Origin: Candidatus Latescibacterota bacterium | GTDB lineage: Bacteria; Latescibacterota; UBA2968; GCA-2709665 | Length of the DNA: 64,000 nt | Reading direction: 5' to 3' | NCBI GenBank assembly: GCA_965116875.1 | Contig: OZ220733.1 | Coordinates: 1,280,001 to 1,344,000, forward strand | Part shown: in pieces, positions 19,507 to 29,504 of the stretch | Numbering within the stretch: position 1 is the first letter of the stretch | Layout of the letters: each line of letters starts with the position of its first letter | Position numbers and translations under genes: made by a program | The notes under the pieces: generated by a model | Databases searched by the model: none | What the model was told of the DNA's origin: nothing | Seen by the model: only the letters and a program-made list of their open reading frames with translations

Positions 19507-20301
19507 ATGTCAAGTCACAGACCGATCTATTCCCGGACGCAGGAACGTGAGCGGATTCCTCACGAGGCGCCGGAACCCGGATCGCCGGTCCGCATATTGC
19601 GTTGGATTGTCGTTCTGGCGCTTGTCGGGTTGCTGTTCTTCGGGATTCAGAACGCATACTCGGCGCTCACCGGGTCCGATCTGTTTCGTTTGGACCACAT
19701 TGCCGTGACGGGCAACACGCTTCTGAAGGAAAGCGACGTCGTGGTCCGTTCCGGACTGAAAATCGGCGTGAACCTGTTTGCGGCCGACCTGAATGCGGCA
19801 ACGCAACGGCTGGTGGCCGATCCTGCGATCAAGGATGCGCTGTTGTTGCGCCAGCCTCCGGGCGGACTGCTCATCGAACTGCGCGAAAGGCGTCCTCTTG
19901 CGCTGGCCGCAATGCCGGAAGGTTTGTACGGTCTGGATGGCGATGGAGTTCTCTTTCCGCTGCGCCAGGCGTCGTTTGATCTGCCGGTCGTGACCGGTAT
20001 TGATGCGGTTGCCGACAAACCGGGGGTTTACGGGTTTTCCAACCTTGTTGCATTCCTGGACCAGCTTCGATCAAACACACCGGCGTTTCTGGAAGAGGTC
20101 TCCGAGGTACACCTGGTTTCCGCTACTGAGGCTCGGGTCTTTCTGGTGGGCGACGGTCTGACGCTTCGGATGCGACTTGAGGATGCGGTTGATCAGGTCC
20201 GTCGTTTTCATGCGTTTGTGAAGGCGGGGGCGCACAGAAACCAAACGCCGGCCTACGTCGATCTCCGGTTTTCGAATCAGGTCATTGTGGGAACAGGGTA
20301 A
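19507..20301 (+). CDS. ftsQ: Cell division protein FtsQ/DivIB
   Basis: TM plus POTRA domain, ERRP, C-terminal YVDLRF. Confidence 0.9.
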   Translation: MSSHRPIYSRTQERERIPHEAPEPGSPVRILRWIVVLALVGLLFFGIQNAYSALTGSDLFRLDHIAVTGNTLLKESDVVVRSGLKIGVNLFAADLNAATQRLVADPAIKDALLLRQPPGGLLIELRERRPLALAAMPEGLYGLDGDGVLFPLRQASFDLPVVTGIDAVADKPGVYGFSNLVAFLDQLRSNTPAFLEEVSEVHLVSATEARVFLVGDGLTLRMRLEDAVDQVRRFHAFVKAGAHRNQTPAYVDLRFSNQVIVGTG

Positions 20302-20356
20302 GCGGTAAGCAGCCGTATCGGGCGCCGGTCATGCAGTAGCGGGAAAGGAAGAGCGG

Positions 20357-21592
20357 ATGGCCAAAGGGGATCAGATCGTTGGAATGGATATTGGTACGAC
20401 CAAGATCTGTGTGGTCGTGGCCGAGATTGAAGACGACGATCAGCTCAGGATTACGGGCATTGGCACGAGCCCGTCCAACGGGCTGAAACGCGGTGTCGTG
20501 GTAAATGTCGCCCAGACGGTCCAATCCATCCAGCACGCTGTCGAAGAAGCGGAAGAAGCCTCGGATGTACGCATTGGCGCGGTCTACGCAGGCATCGCCG
20601 GCGATCACATTCGCAGCCTGAATTGCCGGGGCGTGATCGCCGTTTCCGGAAATGACAACGAGATTACCGCTCAGGATGAGGCGCGTGTCATTGAAACCGC
20701 CAAGGCGGTTTCGATCCCCATGGACCGTGAGATTATCCACGTTCTGCCCCAGTCTTTCGTGGTGGACGACCAGCCCGGCGTCAAGAATCCGATTGGAATG
20801 TCGGGCGTGCGCCTCGAGGCCGACGTGCATATGGTAACAGGCGCCGTGACGTCGGCGCAGAATATCTGCAAGAGCATCCGACGGGCGGGGGTCGAGGTCG
20901 TGGATCTCGTACTGGAGCCGTTGGCATCCAGTTACGCCGTATTGTCGCCCGAGGAAGAGGAAATGGGCGTTACGCTGGTCGACATCGGCGGCGGCACAAC
21001 CGATGTCGCCGTATTCTACGACGGGAGCATCAGGCATACGGCCGTCGTCGGGCTGGGCGGCGAGAATGTAACCAGCGACATTTCTATCGGATTGAGGACC
21101 CCGCTGGTGCAGGCGGAAAACATCAAGCGTTCCCGCGGCTGTTCGTCACGTTCGCTGGTCGAAAAGGACGAGACCATACATGTGCCGGGAATCGGCGGAC
21201 GGCCCTCTTTTGAAGTGCCGCGAGAGGAACTGACGGCGATCATCGAAGCGCGCATGGAGGAAATTTTCACCCTGGTCCATCGGGAAATCCGCAGGACCGA
21301 ATATGCCGATCTGCTGGCGGCGGGCGTCGTCATCACCGGCGGCGGATCGATGCTCGAGGGAACGTCTGAACTGGCCGAAACAGTATTTGGAATGCCGGTG
21401 AGCGTCGGCACGCCGAACGGCGTTACCGGCCTTTCCGAAGACGCCACAGAGCCGATTTACGCCACCGGTGTCGGCCTGGTGAAATTCGGGCTGCAGCATC
21501 AGGAGTTCGGCGGCGCGCTGAACGGCGGCGGCAACGGTTCTTTCGGATCGGTCATCGGCAGGATGAAGGCGTGGGTCAAGGACTTTTTCTAG
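20357..21592 (+). CDS. ftsA: Cell division protein FtsA
   Basis: DIGTTK, VDIGGGTTD, TGGGS, C-terminal amphipathic MKAWVKDFF. Confidence 0.97.
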   Translation: MAKGDQIVGMDIGTTKICVVVAEIEDDDQLRITGIGTSPSNGLKRGVVVNVAQTVQSIQHAVEEAEEASDVRIGAVYAGIAGDHIRSLNCRGVIAVSGNDNEITAQDEARVIETAKAVSIPMDREIIHVLPQSFVVDDQPGVKNPIGMSGVRLEADVHMVTGAVTSAQNICKSIRRAGVEVVDLVLEPLASSYAVLSPEEEEMGVTLVDIGGGTTDVAVFYDGSIRHTAVVGLGGENVTSDISIGLRTPLVQAENIKRSRGCSSRSLVEKDETIHVPGIGGRPSFEVPREELTAIIEARMEEIFTLVHREIRRTEYADLLAAGVVITGGGSMLEGTSELAETVFGMPVSVGTPNGVTGLSEDATEPIYATGVGLVKFGLQHQEFGGALNGGGNGSFGSVIGRMKAWVKDFF

Positions 21593-21691
21593 GCCGCGAC
21601 CTGTTGGCCGGGCAGCATTCATGAATGACAACGGATGGGTCGGACCAACGGGGTTCGCCCACGTTATAACGGCAACGATAGGAGAAGCCAA

Positions 21692-22855
21692 ATGGTCACG
21701 TTTTCAATCGTTGACAATGACAACCAGGCAAAGATGCGGGTTGTGGGCGTCGGCGGCGCGGGGGGCAACGCGGTAAACCGGATGATTGCCGCAGACCTCA
21801 AGGGTGTGGAATTCATCGCTGCAAATTCCGACCTGCAGGATCTTGACAAATCCGAAGCGTCAAAACGGGTGCAAATCGGCGAAACGATAACCAAAGGGCT
21901 TGGCGCGGGCGCCAATCCGGATATCGGACGGCAGGCCATGGAGGAAAATCGGGGCCACGTCACGGAGCTTCTTACCGGTTCGGACATGGTATTCGTGACC
22001 GCCGGCATGGGTGGCGGTACCGGCACCGGCGCCGCGCCGGTGGTGGCAGAGATCGCCAAGGAAGCCGGCGCATTGACGGTGGGCATCGTGACCAAGCCGT
22101 TCAAGATGGAGGGCGTGCCCCGGATGCGAAACGCGGAGACGGGAATCGCTCAGCTGAAGGACTCCGTGGACACGCTGATTGTCATTCCAAACCAGCGTCT
22201 CCTGGATGTCTGCTCCGAAGACACCACGCTGCGCGAGGCCTTCAGATTGGCGGACGACGTTCTTCTTCAGGCCACACGCGGGATCTCGGACCTGATCGCC
22301 ATACCCGGCGAAGTCAATCTGGATTTCAACGATGTGCGCACGGTAATGCAGCAGGGAGGCGACGCGTTGATGGGAACCGGCACGGCCGAGGGTGAAGGCC
22401 GGGCAATCCATGCGGCGGAGGCAGCCATCAGCAGTCCATTGCTGGAAGACCTCTCCATCGACGGCGCAAGGTACGTCCTGGTGAATATCGCGGCGGGCAG
22501 CGACCTGAAGCTGTTTGAAGTGGACGATTCGGTATCTACCGTAACCAAGGCGGTCGGCTCCGAGGCGAACATTATCTGGGGCACGGTGCTGGACGATGCG
22601 CTCAGCGATGAGCTGCGGGTAACGGTAATTGCTACCGGTTTCGCCGAAAGAGAGAATGATGCCGGGACGAAAGCGACGCGAGTCCCGATGGACAACCCGC
22701 TCGGTCTGGATGTTCCTGCGTACCTGCGCAAGGCCGACGCCGCCGAGGTTACGGAACCACAGGCTGCGCCGGGGGAAAACGCCGAAGGAGACATCTCACT
22801 CGACGACCTGGAAATTCCGTCGTTTCTGAGGCGGCGCCTGAAGGATACCGCCTGA
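21692..22855 (+). CDS. ftsZ: Cell division protein FtsZ
   Basis: [25 protein letters not shown]-terminal LEIPSFLR; RBS GGAG upstream of 21692. Confidence 0.98.
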   Translation: MVTFSIVDNDNQAKMRVVGVGGAGGNAVNRMIAADLKGVEFIAANSDLQDLDKSEASKRVQIGETITKGLGAGANPDIGRQAMEENRGHVTELLTGSDMVFVTAGMGGGTGTGAAPVVAEIAKEAGALTVGIVTKPFKMEGVPRMRNAETGIAQLKDSVDTLIVIPNQRLLDVCSEDTTLREAFRLADDVLLQATRGISDLIAIPGEVNLDFNDVRTVMQQGGDALMGTGTAEGEGRAIHAAEAAISSPLLEDLSIDGARYVLVNIAAGSDLKLFEVDDSVSTVTKAVGSEANIIWGTVLDDALSDELRVTVIATGFAERENDAGTKATRVPMDNPLGLDVPAYLRKADAAEVTEPQAAPGENAEGDISLDDLEIPSFLRRRLKDTA

Positions 22856-22890
22856 CACGCTGCTTTGCTTCGCCCCGACGATCGACGAAA

Positions 22891-22990
22891 GCAGCCCGCT
22901 GAGAAAGCCAATCCATACTGCGGCCCGCCCTTGCGGTCGAAAGCCTGCGTTTCGCGGTCTCGCGGGCAGGGTGACTTTATCAACGGACGA
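22891..22990 (+). mobile_element. ~100-bp MITE, family B (degenerate copy)
   Basis: Ends GCAGCCCGCTGAGAAAGCC / GACTTTATCAACGGAC; homologous to the reverse complement of 28469-28570. Confidence 0.7.
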
Positions 22991-23016
22991 CCGGGGGACG
23001 ATCGAGGAAAAAGAAC

Positions 23017-24006
23017 ATGGAGTGCGTGCGATGGGGTATCCTCGGATGCGGTGACGTCACGGAGGTGAAGAGCGGACCCGGATTTCAGAATGCGGACGCG
23101 TCGAAGTTGGTCGCGGTGATGCGGCGGGACGTGCAAAAGGCGGCCGACTACGCGAACCGGCACGGCGTGCCGCGATACTACGGGCATGCGGAGGCATTGA
23201 TTGAAGATGACGGTGTCGATGCCGTGTACGTGGCGACCCCGCCGTCTTCGCATCTCGAGCTGGCATTGAAGGTGGCGCAGGCCGGAAAACCGTGCCTCGT
23301 TGAAAAGCCTATGGCGATGGATCACAGCGAGTGCCGGCAGATGGTGGCGGCCTTCCGGAACACAGGACGGCCGCTTTTCGTGGCATACTACAGGCGCGCC
23401 CTGCCTCGATTCCTTCGCGTCCGGAGGTTGCTCCACGAAGGCGCGGTCGGGCAGTTGAGTTCGGTACACATTACGCATTACGAGCGCCTGGCCCGAGGCG
23501 AGGCCGCGAATGCCTGGCGATTCAGGCCGGAGGTGTCGGGAGGGGGGCTGTTTATGGACCTGGGCTCCCACGGACTGGATTTGCTGGATTTCCTCGTGAG
23601 TCCGATCAAACGGGTTTGGGGATGCGCGGCGAACACGGGCGGTACCTACGAGGCGGAGGACGCGGTCGCGGCCGGCTTTGAGTTTGAATCCGGGATCGTG
23701 GGAACAGGCATATGGAATTTCAACGCGGATTATTCCGACGATCGAATGACGTTTACCGGCTCCGACGGCGAGTTGCAATGCCCTGTTTTTTCGGATACCG
23801 GCATTCTGGTCAGGAAGGGCGGGGCATCAACCACGGTGGAATTCAGGAACCCGACCCACGTTCATCAACCGCTGATCCAGACGGTCGTGGATGAACTCCT
23901 GGACAGGGGAACGTGCGAGTCGACCGGCGAGAGCGCGGCGCGGACGGGATGGGTAATGGATCGATGTCTGCAATCGTACTACGAAGAACGCATCCGGGCG
24001 TCTTAG
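23017..24006 (+). CDS. Gfo/Idh/MocA oxidoreductase
   Basis: WGILGCG, ATPP, VEKP, SGGGLFMDLGSH. Confidence 0.92.
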   Translation: MECVRWGILGCGDVTEVKSGPGFQNADASKLVAVMRRDVQKAADYANRHGVPRYYGHAEALIEDDGVDAVYVATPPSSHLELALKVAQAGKPCLVEKPMAMDHSECRQMVAAFRNTGRPLFVAYYRRALPRFLRVRRLLHEGAVGQLSSVHITHYERLARGEAANAWRFRPEVSGGGLFMDLGSHGLDLLDFLVSPIKRVWGCAANTGGTYEAEDAVAAGFEFESGIVGTGIWNFNADYSDDRMTFTGSDGELQCPVFSDTGILVRKGGASTTVEFRNPTHVHQPLIQTVVDELLDRGTCESTGESAARTGWVMDRCLQSYYEERIRAS

Positions 24007-24058
24007 CAGCCCGGGGAGAGGTACGGATTCGACAACGCACCGGTCACCCGCGGCGAGG

Positions 24059-25156
24059 TCAGGAGGTTTTGCCCGTCTGAAGATACGCCTTCAGCGTTCG
24101 CGGGTCCATCCCTGCGATACCCAGATCACAGACGTCTCTGCCTGAACCCCACCCGTCCTCTCCGATAACGATCGATCCGACGTCGACCAGCGCGCGTATG
24201 GTGGGAGCGGGTACATTGTACTGCGCACCGACCGAGTGCCATGCCGCAAGTCCGTAGGGAATGTCTTCCGTGAGCCAACGGCTGTCCATGGATCCGGGCG
24301 CCTTGAGACGGGTGAGCATGTAGCTGCCGTTAATGGTCGCCCAGAGATCTCCTTCCGGTCCGAAGCCGGCGCGGTGAAAGGCGACGTTCGCCGGGCACAG
24401 TTTGTAACCGAGCCGGCTCGCTATCGAGCGGCGTTCGGAGTCAACCTGCATGATCACTCTGGCCACGGATGGTGTGACGCCCTCTTCGTAAAAGTAGAAC
24501 TCGCCGTGTGAATACTCCACACGGCCGGCGTTGAGAAGGACACCCGCGGGATGGACCACCGGGTTCATTGCGGCCAGGCCGCAGGCCAACACGTCGGGAT
24601 AGCCCGTTATGCCCGGGAAAAGGGCATCCAACCGTCCGCGTACGTGATCGAATTCGCCGGCCGGAAAGACGCCGAGTCCCAGGCCGGTGACGGTTCCCCA
24701 GATGGTTGCGGTATCCGGCGCCGTCTTCCGGCAGACGAACGGCGCGGTGTCCACTTCGCCCAGGACGACGCCTTCGGCGCCGGCTTCCCGGAGGAGACGC
24801 GCCCACTCGAGAGCGCCGAGGGTACCGGGCATGATGACGACGGTCTGACCCGGGCGCAGGTGCGGCGCACAGACTTCCGCAAAGGGCTTGTGCGCGTACG
24901 CCGGCACGATGAGCAGGATGAGTTCCGGCGACTCCAGGGCCTCCTCGATATCGGCGGTGATACAGTGGATCCTGGCTGCGCCCTGTCCTGCCGCCCCGAG
25001 CAGATGGATGATGCCGTCGTCGATAACAGGATCCAGGGATTCCCTGAAACCGGGAATCTCATAGAGCGTGATCTCAAAACCCTTCAGGCTGAGGTTGGCA
25101 GCCACGGCAAACGCCGTGTTTCCGCCGCCGAGAATGGTCACGGTCTTCAGGGACAT
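24059..25156 (-). CDS. NAD/NADP octopine/nopaline (opine) dehydrogenase family
   Basis: ILGGGN, NPVVHP..LLN, FYEEG.TP, D.ER, RWLTEDIPYGL. Confidence 0.88.
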   Translation of the reverse strand: MSLKTVTILGGGNTAFAVAANLSLKGFEITLYEIPGFRESLDPVIDDGIIHLLGAAGQGAARIHCITADIEEALESPELILLIVPAYAHKPFAEVCAPHLRPGQTVVIMPGTLGALEWARLLREAGAEGVVLGEVDTAPFVCRKTAPDTATIWGTVTGLGLGVFPAGEFDHVRGRLDALFPGITGYPDVLACGLAAMNPVVHPAGVLLNAGRVEYSHGEFYFYEEGVTPSVARVIMQVDSERRSIASRLGYKLCPANVAFHRAGFGPEGDLWATINGSYMLTRLKAPGSMDSRWLTEDIPYGLAAWHSVGAQYNVPAPTIRALVDVGSIVIGEDGWGSGRDVCDLGIAGMDPRTLKAYLQTGKTS

Positions 25157-25400
25157 TTTGAACGCCTCTCAGGTGAACGAACGCGTCGCGTAAATGGTTT
25201 TTCCTTGATTCGGATTCGGACCCGCGAACCGGCTTCGGTTCATTTCAGGCACAAATATAAACCCGCCGCAGTACAGGGACAAGACCGGATTCGCCGATAA
25301 GCGACGTCCGCGGACCCGCGGCAAGACATCCTGCCGGGGTTCGCCTGAACCATCGCGACGGCGAACTTCCTGCTGACAGTTCAACGCGAGGAGGGACCCA

Positions 25401-25910
25401 TTGCCCTATGAAGATCACAAGAAGCAGGCGCAGGGCGCCGTATGCTGTGCCGTACTCACCATCAGCGACACGCGGACGGAAGCCGACGACAAAAGCGGCA
25501 GGATAATCAGGGATCTGCTCGCTGCCGGAGGTCACTCGACGGGTTTCTACCAGGTCGTCCCGGACGATCCCGCCCGAATCCGTGACCACGTAATCCGGAT
25601 TGCGGACAAAGGCGACTGCCAGGCCATTCTGACAAGCGGCGGCACGGGTATCGCGGCCCGCGATACGACCTACGAAGCCGTGGTCGGTCTGCTGGACAAG
25701 CGGCTCGACGGATTCGGCGAACTCTTCCGCACCCTGAGCTGGGACGACATCGGCTCCGGCGCCATGCTCTCCCGCGCCGTGGCCGGCGTCTACCGCGACA
25801 CGATGATATTCTGCATGCCCGGCTCTTCCGGGGCCGTACGCCTTGCAATGGAGAAGCTGATCGTTCCCGAACTGTCTCACCTCGTCTGGGAAATCTGGCG
25901 ACAGAAGTAG
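25401..25910 (+). CDS. moaB: Molybdopterin adenylyltransferase MoaB/MogA family
   Basis: TISDTR..DDKSG, VPDD, TSGGTG..RD.T.EA, GFGE.FR, AMLSRA, MPGS. Confidence 0.92.
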   Translation: MPYEDHKKQAQGAVCCAVLTISDTRTEADDKSGRIIRDLLAAGGHSTGFYQVVPDDPARIRDHVIRIADKGDCQAILTSGGTGIAARDTTYEAVVGLLDKRLDGFGELFRTLSWDDIGSGAMLSRAVAGVYRDTMIFCMPGSSGAVRLAMEKLIVPELSHLVWEIWRQK

Positions 25911-26091
25911 CCTTCGATCCGAAGTGTTGCCGGCCACCCCGGCGGAAACCCGTTGAACCCCACGCGTTCCCGGGGGAACCAGGGAACACGGTACATCCGA
26001 GTTGGTCCGGCCGAAGGGGAGACCACGATCTCAGGAACCGCGTCTGAATCCGTTCGCGGTGTGCCTTTCTTCATTCAGCCCAAGGGATTTT

Positions 26092-27435
26092 ATGCCAACA
26101 CGCACGATCTATCTCCTGGCGCTGCCTCTCTTCCTGAGCTGCGCCGGCATCGAACCGGCCCGGGAGACAGGGCATGTCCACCATCACAATGCCTCCTACG
26201 ACACCGCCGCCCACGACGCCCGTCCGTCGCCCGTACCCGACCGCATCGTACTCACCTGGAACGGCGATCCATCCAGCTCCCAGGCAGTCACGTGGCGGAC
26301 CGACGCGTCCGTTGTCGACGCCCTGGTCGAAATAGCCCCGGCTACGGCATCTCCCAGGTTTATGGTCGACGTTCGAAAAGTTCCGGCCCGAACCCATGCC
26401 GTCGTCACGGAAAACGGCGCTTCACATTATCATTCCGCGACCATTGGCGATCTCCGACCCGGGACCCTCTACGCGTACCGGGTGGGCAGCGACGACCTGT
26501 GGAGCGAGTGGTTTCATTTCCGGACGGCGCTGGACAAACCGGCGCCATTTTCCTTCATCTATCTGGGTGACGCGCAAAACAACATCCTGTCGCTCTGGTC
26601 CCGCACCATCCGCGCCGCCTATGCGACGGCGCCGGAGGCGAGTTTCGTCCTTCACGCCGGAGACCTCGTCAACCGCGCGAACCGGGACGGCGAATGGGGT
26701 GAATGGTTTCGCGCAGGCGCTTATATCCATGCAACCGTCAATGCGGTCCCCACTCCCGGAAATCATGAATATGCCAAAAACGAGACGGGCAAGCGTCGTC
26801 TTTCCCGACTCTGGCGCCCCCAGTTCACACTTCCACTGAACGGCCCCGAAGGCCTGGAAGAATCCGTATACTTCCTTGACTATCAGGGCGTCCGCATCAT
26901 CTCTCTCAATTCCAATGAAAAACGTGACGATCAGGTACCCTGGCTGGAAACCGTGCTCAGGGAGAATCCAAACCGCTGGACGCTTGTCACCTTCCACCAT
27001 CCCGTATATTCGACCGGAAAAGGCCGTGACAACAAAACGCTGCGCGAGCAGTGGAAACCGCTGTTCGACAGATACCGGGTGGACCTCGTCCTTCAGGGCC
27101 ACGACCACAGCTACGGACGCGGTTCCAATCTCCCGATGGGCACCATTGCCCGCGACGAAGGAGAAGGCACAGTCTACGTCGTGTCCGTGAGCGGTCCCAA
27201 GCAATACGACCTCTCGTCAGATCGATGGTGGCGGCGGGCCGCCGAAAACACCCAGCTGTACCAGACCATCACCGTAGACGGAGACACGCTGCGGTACGAA
27301 GCCCGTACGGCCACGTCGGAACTCTACGACGCCTTCGACCTTATCAAACGGAAAGACGCTCCCAACGTGCTCGTCGACCGCATTCCCGACACGCCCGCAC
27401 GCACCCATCTGAACACCGTCGGCGGCAAAGATTAG
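26092..27435 (+). CDS. Purple acid phosphatase-like metallophosphoesterase (FN3 plus calcineurin-like), lipoprotein
   Basis: Lipobox LFLSC; GDAQ, GDLV, GNHE, FHHP, GHDH. Confidence 0.9.
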   Translation: MPTRTIYLLALPLFLSCAGIEPARETGHVHHHNASYDTAAHDARPSPVPDRIVLTWNGDPSSSQAVTWRTDASVVDALVEIAPATASPRFMVDVRKVPARTHAVVTENGASHYHSATIGDLRPGTLYAYRVGSDDLWSEWFHFRTALDKPAPFSFIYLGDAQNNILSLWSRTIRAAYATAPEASFVLHAGDLVNRANRDGEWGEWFRAGAYIHATVNAVPTPGNHEYAKNETGKRRLSRLWRPQFTLPLNGPEGLEESVYFLDYQGVRIISLNSNEKRDDQVPWLETVLRENPNRWTLVTFHHPVYSTGKGRDNKTLREQWKPLFDRYRVDLVLQGHDHSYGRGSNLPMGTIARDEGEGTVYVVSVSGPKQYDLSSDRWWRRAAENTQLYQTITVDGDTLRYEARTATSELYDAFDLIKRKDAPNVLVDRIPDTPARTHLNTVGGKD

Positions 27436-27453
27436 GTACGAACCGGAGGGACG

Positions 27454-28404
27454 ATGCCAAGGGTGGGGCTGATCGCGCATCCTGACTTTTCCCGGCATGA
27501 CACCGGTTTCGGGCATCCGGAACGACCTGCCAGGCTGCACGCCATCCGGAGCCGGTTGGCCGAGACCGGACTCAGAGACCGGCTCCTCGACATTTCACCG
27601 AAAACACTCGAAGTCGACTGGCTGGAGAAAGTCCACACCTCAAAGCATATCTCGGAGGTAAAACGCCGTTGTGAACAGAACGTGCGCCTCATGGACGCGG
27701 GGGACACCTTCATTTCTCCCGCATCCTATCAGGTCGCCCGCCTCGCGGCAGGGGCGGCCTGCGAGGCGGTCGAGGCAGTTATGGACGACCGGGCGGACGC
27801 GGTGTTCTGTGCCACGCGTCCACCGGGCCACCACGCGGAACGGGACAGGGCGATGGGCTTCTGCCTGTTCAACAACGCGGCCGTCGCCGCCCGATACATC
27901 CAGGCAGCCCATCGGCTGGAGCGAATCCTCATCGTCGACTGGGACGTACATCACGGGAACGGTACGCAGCATATCTTCGAGAAAGACCCAACGGTCTTCT
28001 ATTTCAGCGCCCATCAGTACCCGCACTATCCGTGGTTCAGCGGCAGCAGCGGCGAAAGGGGAATTGGCCCGGGCAAGGGCACGAATCTGAACGCACCCTT
28101 GCCCGCCGGCGCGGGGGACGAACAGTTCCTTCGCGCATTCGACGAACTTCTGGCGCCTGAAATGGAGCGTTTTCAGCCTGAATTCGTCATTGTCTCAGCA
28201 GGTTTCGACGCACACGTCGACGACCCGCTTTCGGGCACCCGGGTCACGGCGGACGGTTTCGCCGAAATGACGCGCAGGGTTCGTCAACTCGCAAGGATGT
28301 ACGCCAGCGATCGTCTCATCTCGGTACTGGAAGGCGGTTACGACCTCAACGGCCTCGCCCTGTGCGTCGAATGCCACGTGAGCGCGTTGCTGGATACCGA
28401 TTAG
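27454..28404 (+). CDS. Histone deacetylase / acetylpolyamine amidohydrolase family
   Basis: HPE, RPPGHHA, GFC, DWDVHHGNGT, SAGFD, LEGGY. Confidence 0.95.
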   Translation: MPRVGLIAHPDFSRHDTGFGHPERPARLHAIRSRLAETGLRDRLLDISPKTLEVDWLEKVHTSKHISEVKRRCEQNVRLMDAGDTFISPASYQVARLAAGAACEAVEAVMDDRADAVFCATRPPGHHAERDRAMGFCLFNNAAVAARYIQAAHRLERILIVDWDVHHGNGTQHIFEKDPTVFYFSAHQYPHYPWFSGSSGERGIGPGKGTNLNAPLPAGAGDEQFLRAFDELLAPEMERFQPEFVIVSAGFDAHVDDPLSGTRVTADGFAEMTRRVRQLARMYASDRLISVLEGGYDLNGLALCVECHVSALLDTD

Positions 28405-28468
28405 CCGACTGCTGCCGTTCTTTACCGGCGCCGGCTTTCGGAACTTTTGACTCGATCCCGTCGTCGAC

Positions 28469-28570
28469 CAGTCCGTTGATAAAGTCGCTCTGCAGGCGAG
28501 GCCGGGCAACGCAGGTTTTCGACCGCAAGGGCCGGCCGTAGCCCGGATGGACTTTTCCAACGGGCTGCTA
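28469..28570 (-). mobile_element. ~100-bp MITE, family B
   Basis: Imperfect TIRs CAGTCCGTTGATAAAGTC / GACTTTTCCAACGGGCTG followed by CTA. Confidence 0.72.
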
Positions 28571-28634
28571 TACACTCGGCTGCCGCACTTCGGTCCGCAC
28601 GGGCCGTGTCGTCGATTCCATTTACGGAGGTAAC

Positions 28635-29504
28635 GTGAACTCAAAGGATCCCGTAGTCGCTTTTCAGGGCGAAATGGGCGCATTCAGCGAAATGGCCGCC
28701 CGGAGTTACTTCTGCGAGAATGTCCGTGTGGTCCCGCAGTCCGACTTCGCGGGCCTCTTCAACGCTGTCGCCGGCGGCGCCTGCACGCACGGGATGGTAC
28801 CCATTGAGAATTCTCTCATGGGGAGCATTCACGAAAACTACGACCTGCTTCTCCGGCAGGACCTCCACATCACGGGCGAAATCAAACTTCGGATCGTGCA
28901 CAACCTCATTGTCAATCCTGGCGTCAGGATGGAAGACGTGAGGCAGATCTACTCACAGGCGCCTGCCCTCGCGCAGTGTACCGAGTTCATCCGATCCACC
29001 TCGGGCGTCGAGGCCGTGGTCGCCCGGGACACGGCCGGCGCCGTCAAACAGATCAAGGAAGAGAACGCGCGAGATGCCGCCGCCATCGCCAGCGCTCAGG
29101 CGGCGATCGACTACGATCTGGAGATTCTCCGGGAAGGCCTGGAAAACGACCACCGGAACTATACCCGGTTTCTGGTCGTGGCCTCCGAGCCGGCTGAACC
29201 CGTCGATCCGGCAAAGACCACCGTCGTCTATAGCCTGGATCACATCCCCGGCGCCCTGTTCAAGAGCCTGGGTGTATTCGCAATGCGGGATATCAATCTC
29301 CTGAAGATCGAGTCCCGACCCTTGAGCGGTCGACCATGGGAATACGTCTTCTACCTGGATTTCGAAGGCCACCTGTCCAGTGAAGCGTGCCGTCAGGCGG
29401 TTGATCACCTTGAAAAAATGTGCAGCTTCCTCAAAATCCTCGGTTCCTACACGATGGGCAGGACCGTCGAGGGCAGGTTGCGGGAAAAAAGGGTGGCCTC
29501 ATGA
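28635..29504 (+). CDS. pheA: Prephenate dehydratase
   Basis: FQGEMGAFSE, PIENS..GS, NYTRF, ACT domain with IESRP. Confidence 0.95.
   Translation: MNSKDPVVAFQGEMGAFSEMAARSYFCENVRVVPQSDFAGLFNAVAGGACTHGMVPIENSLMGSIHENYDLLLRQDLHITGEIKLRIVHNLIVNPGVRMEDVRQIYSQAPALAQCTEFIRSTSGVEAVVARDTAGAVKQIKEENARDAAAIASAQAAIDYDLEILREGLENDHRNYTRFLVVASEPAEPVDPAKTTVVYSLDHIPGALFKSLGVFAMRDINLLKIESRPLSGRPWEYVFYLDFEGHLSSEACRQAVDHLEKMCSFLKILGSYTMGRTVEGRLREKRVAS

Noticed and set aside
25911-26091. Hairpin-rich intergenic region as riboswitch or ncRNA
   Set aside because: No match to Moco, c-di-AMP, SRP or other motifs I can recognise
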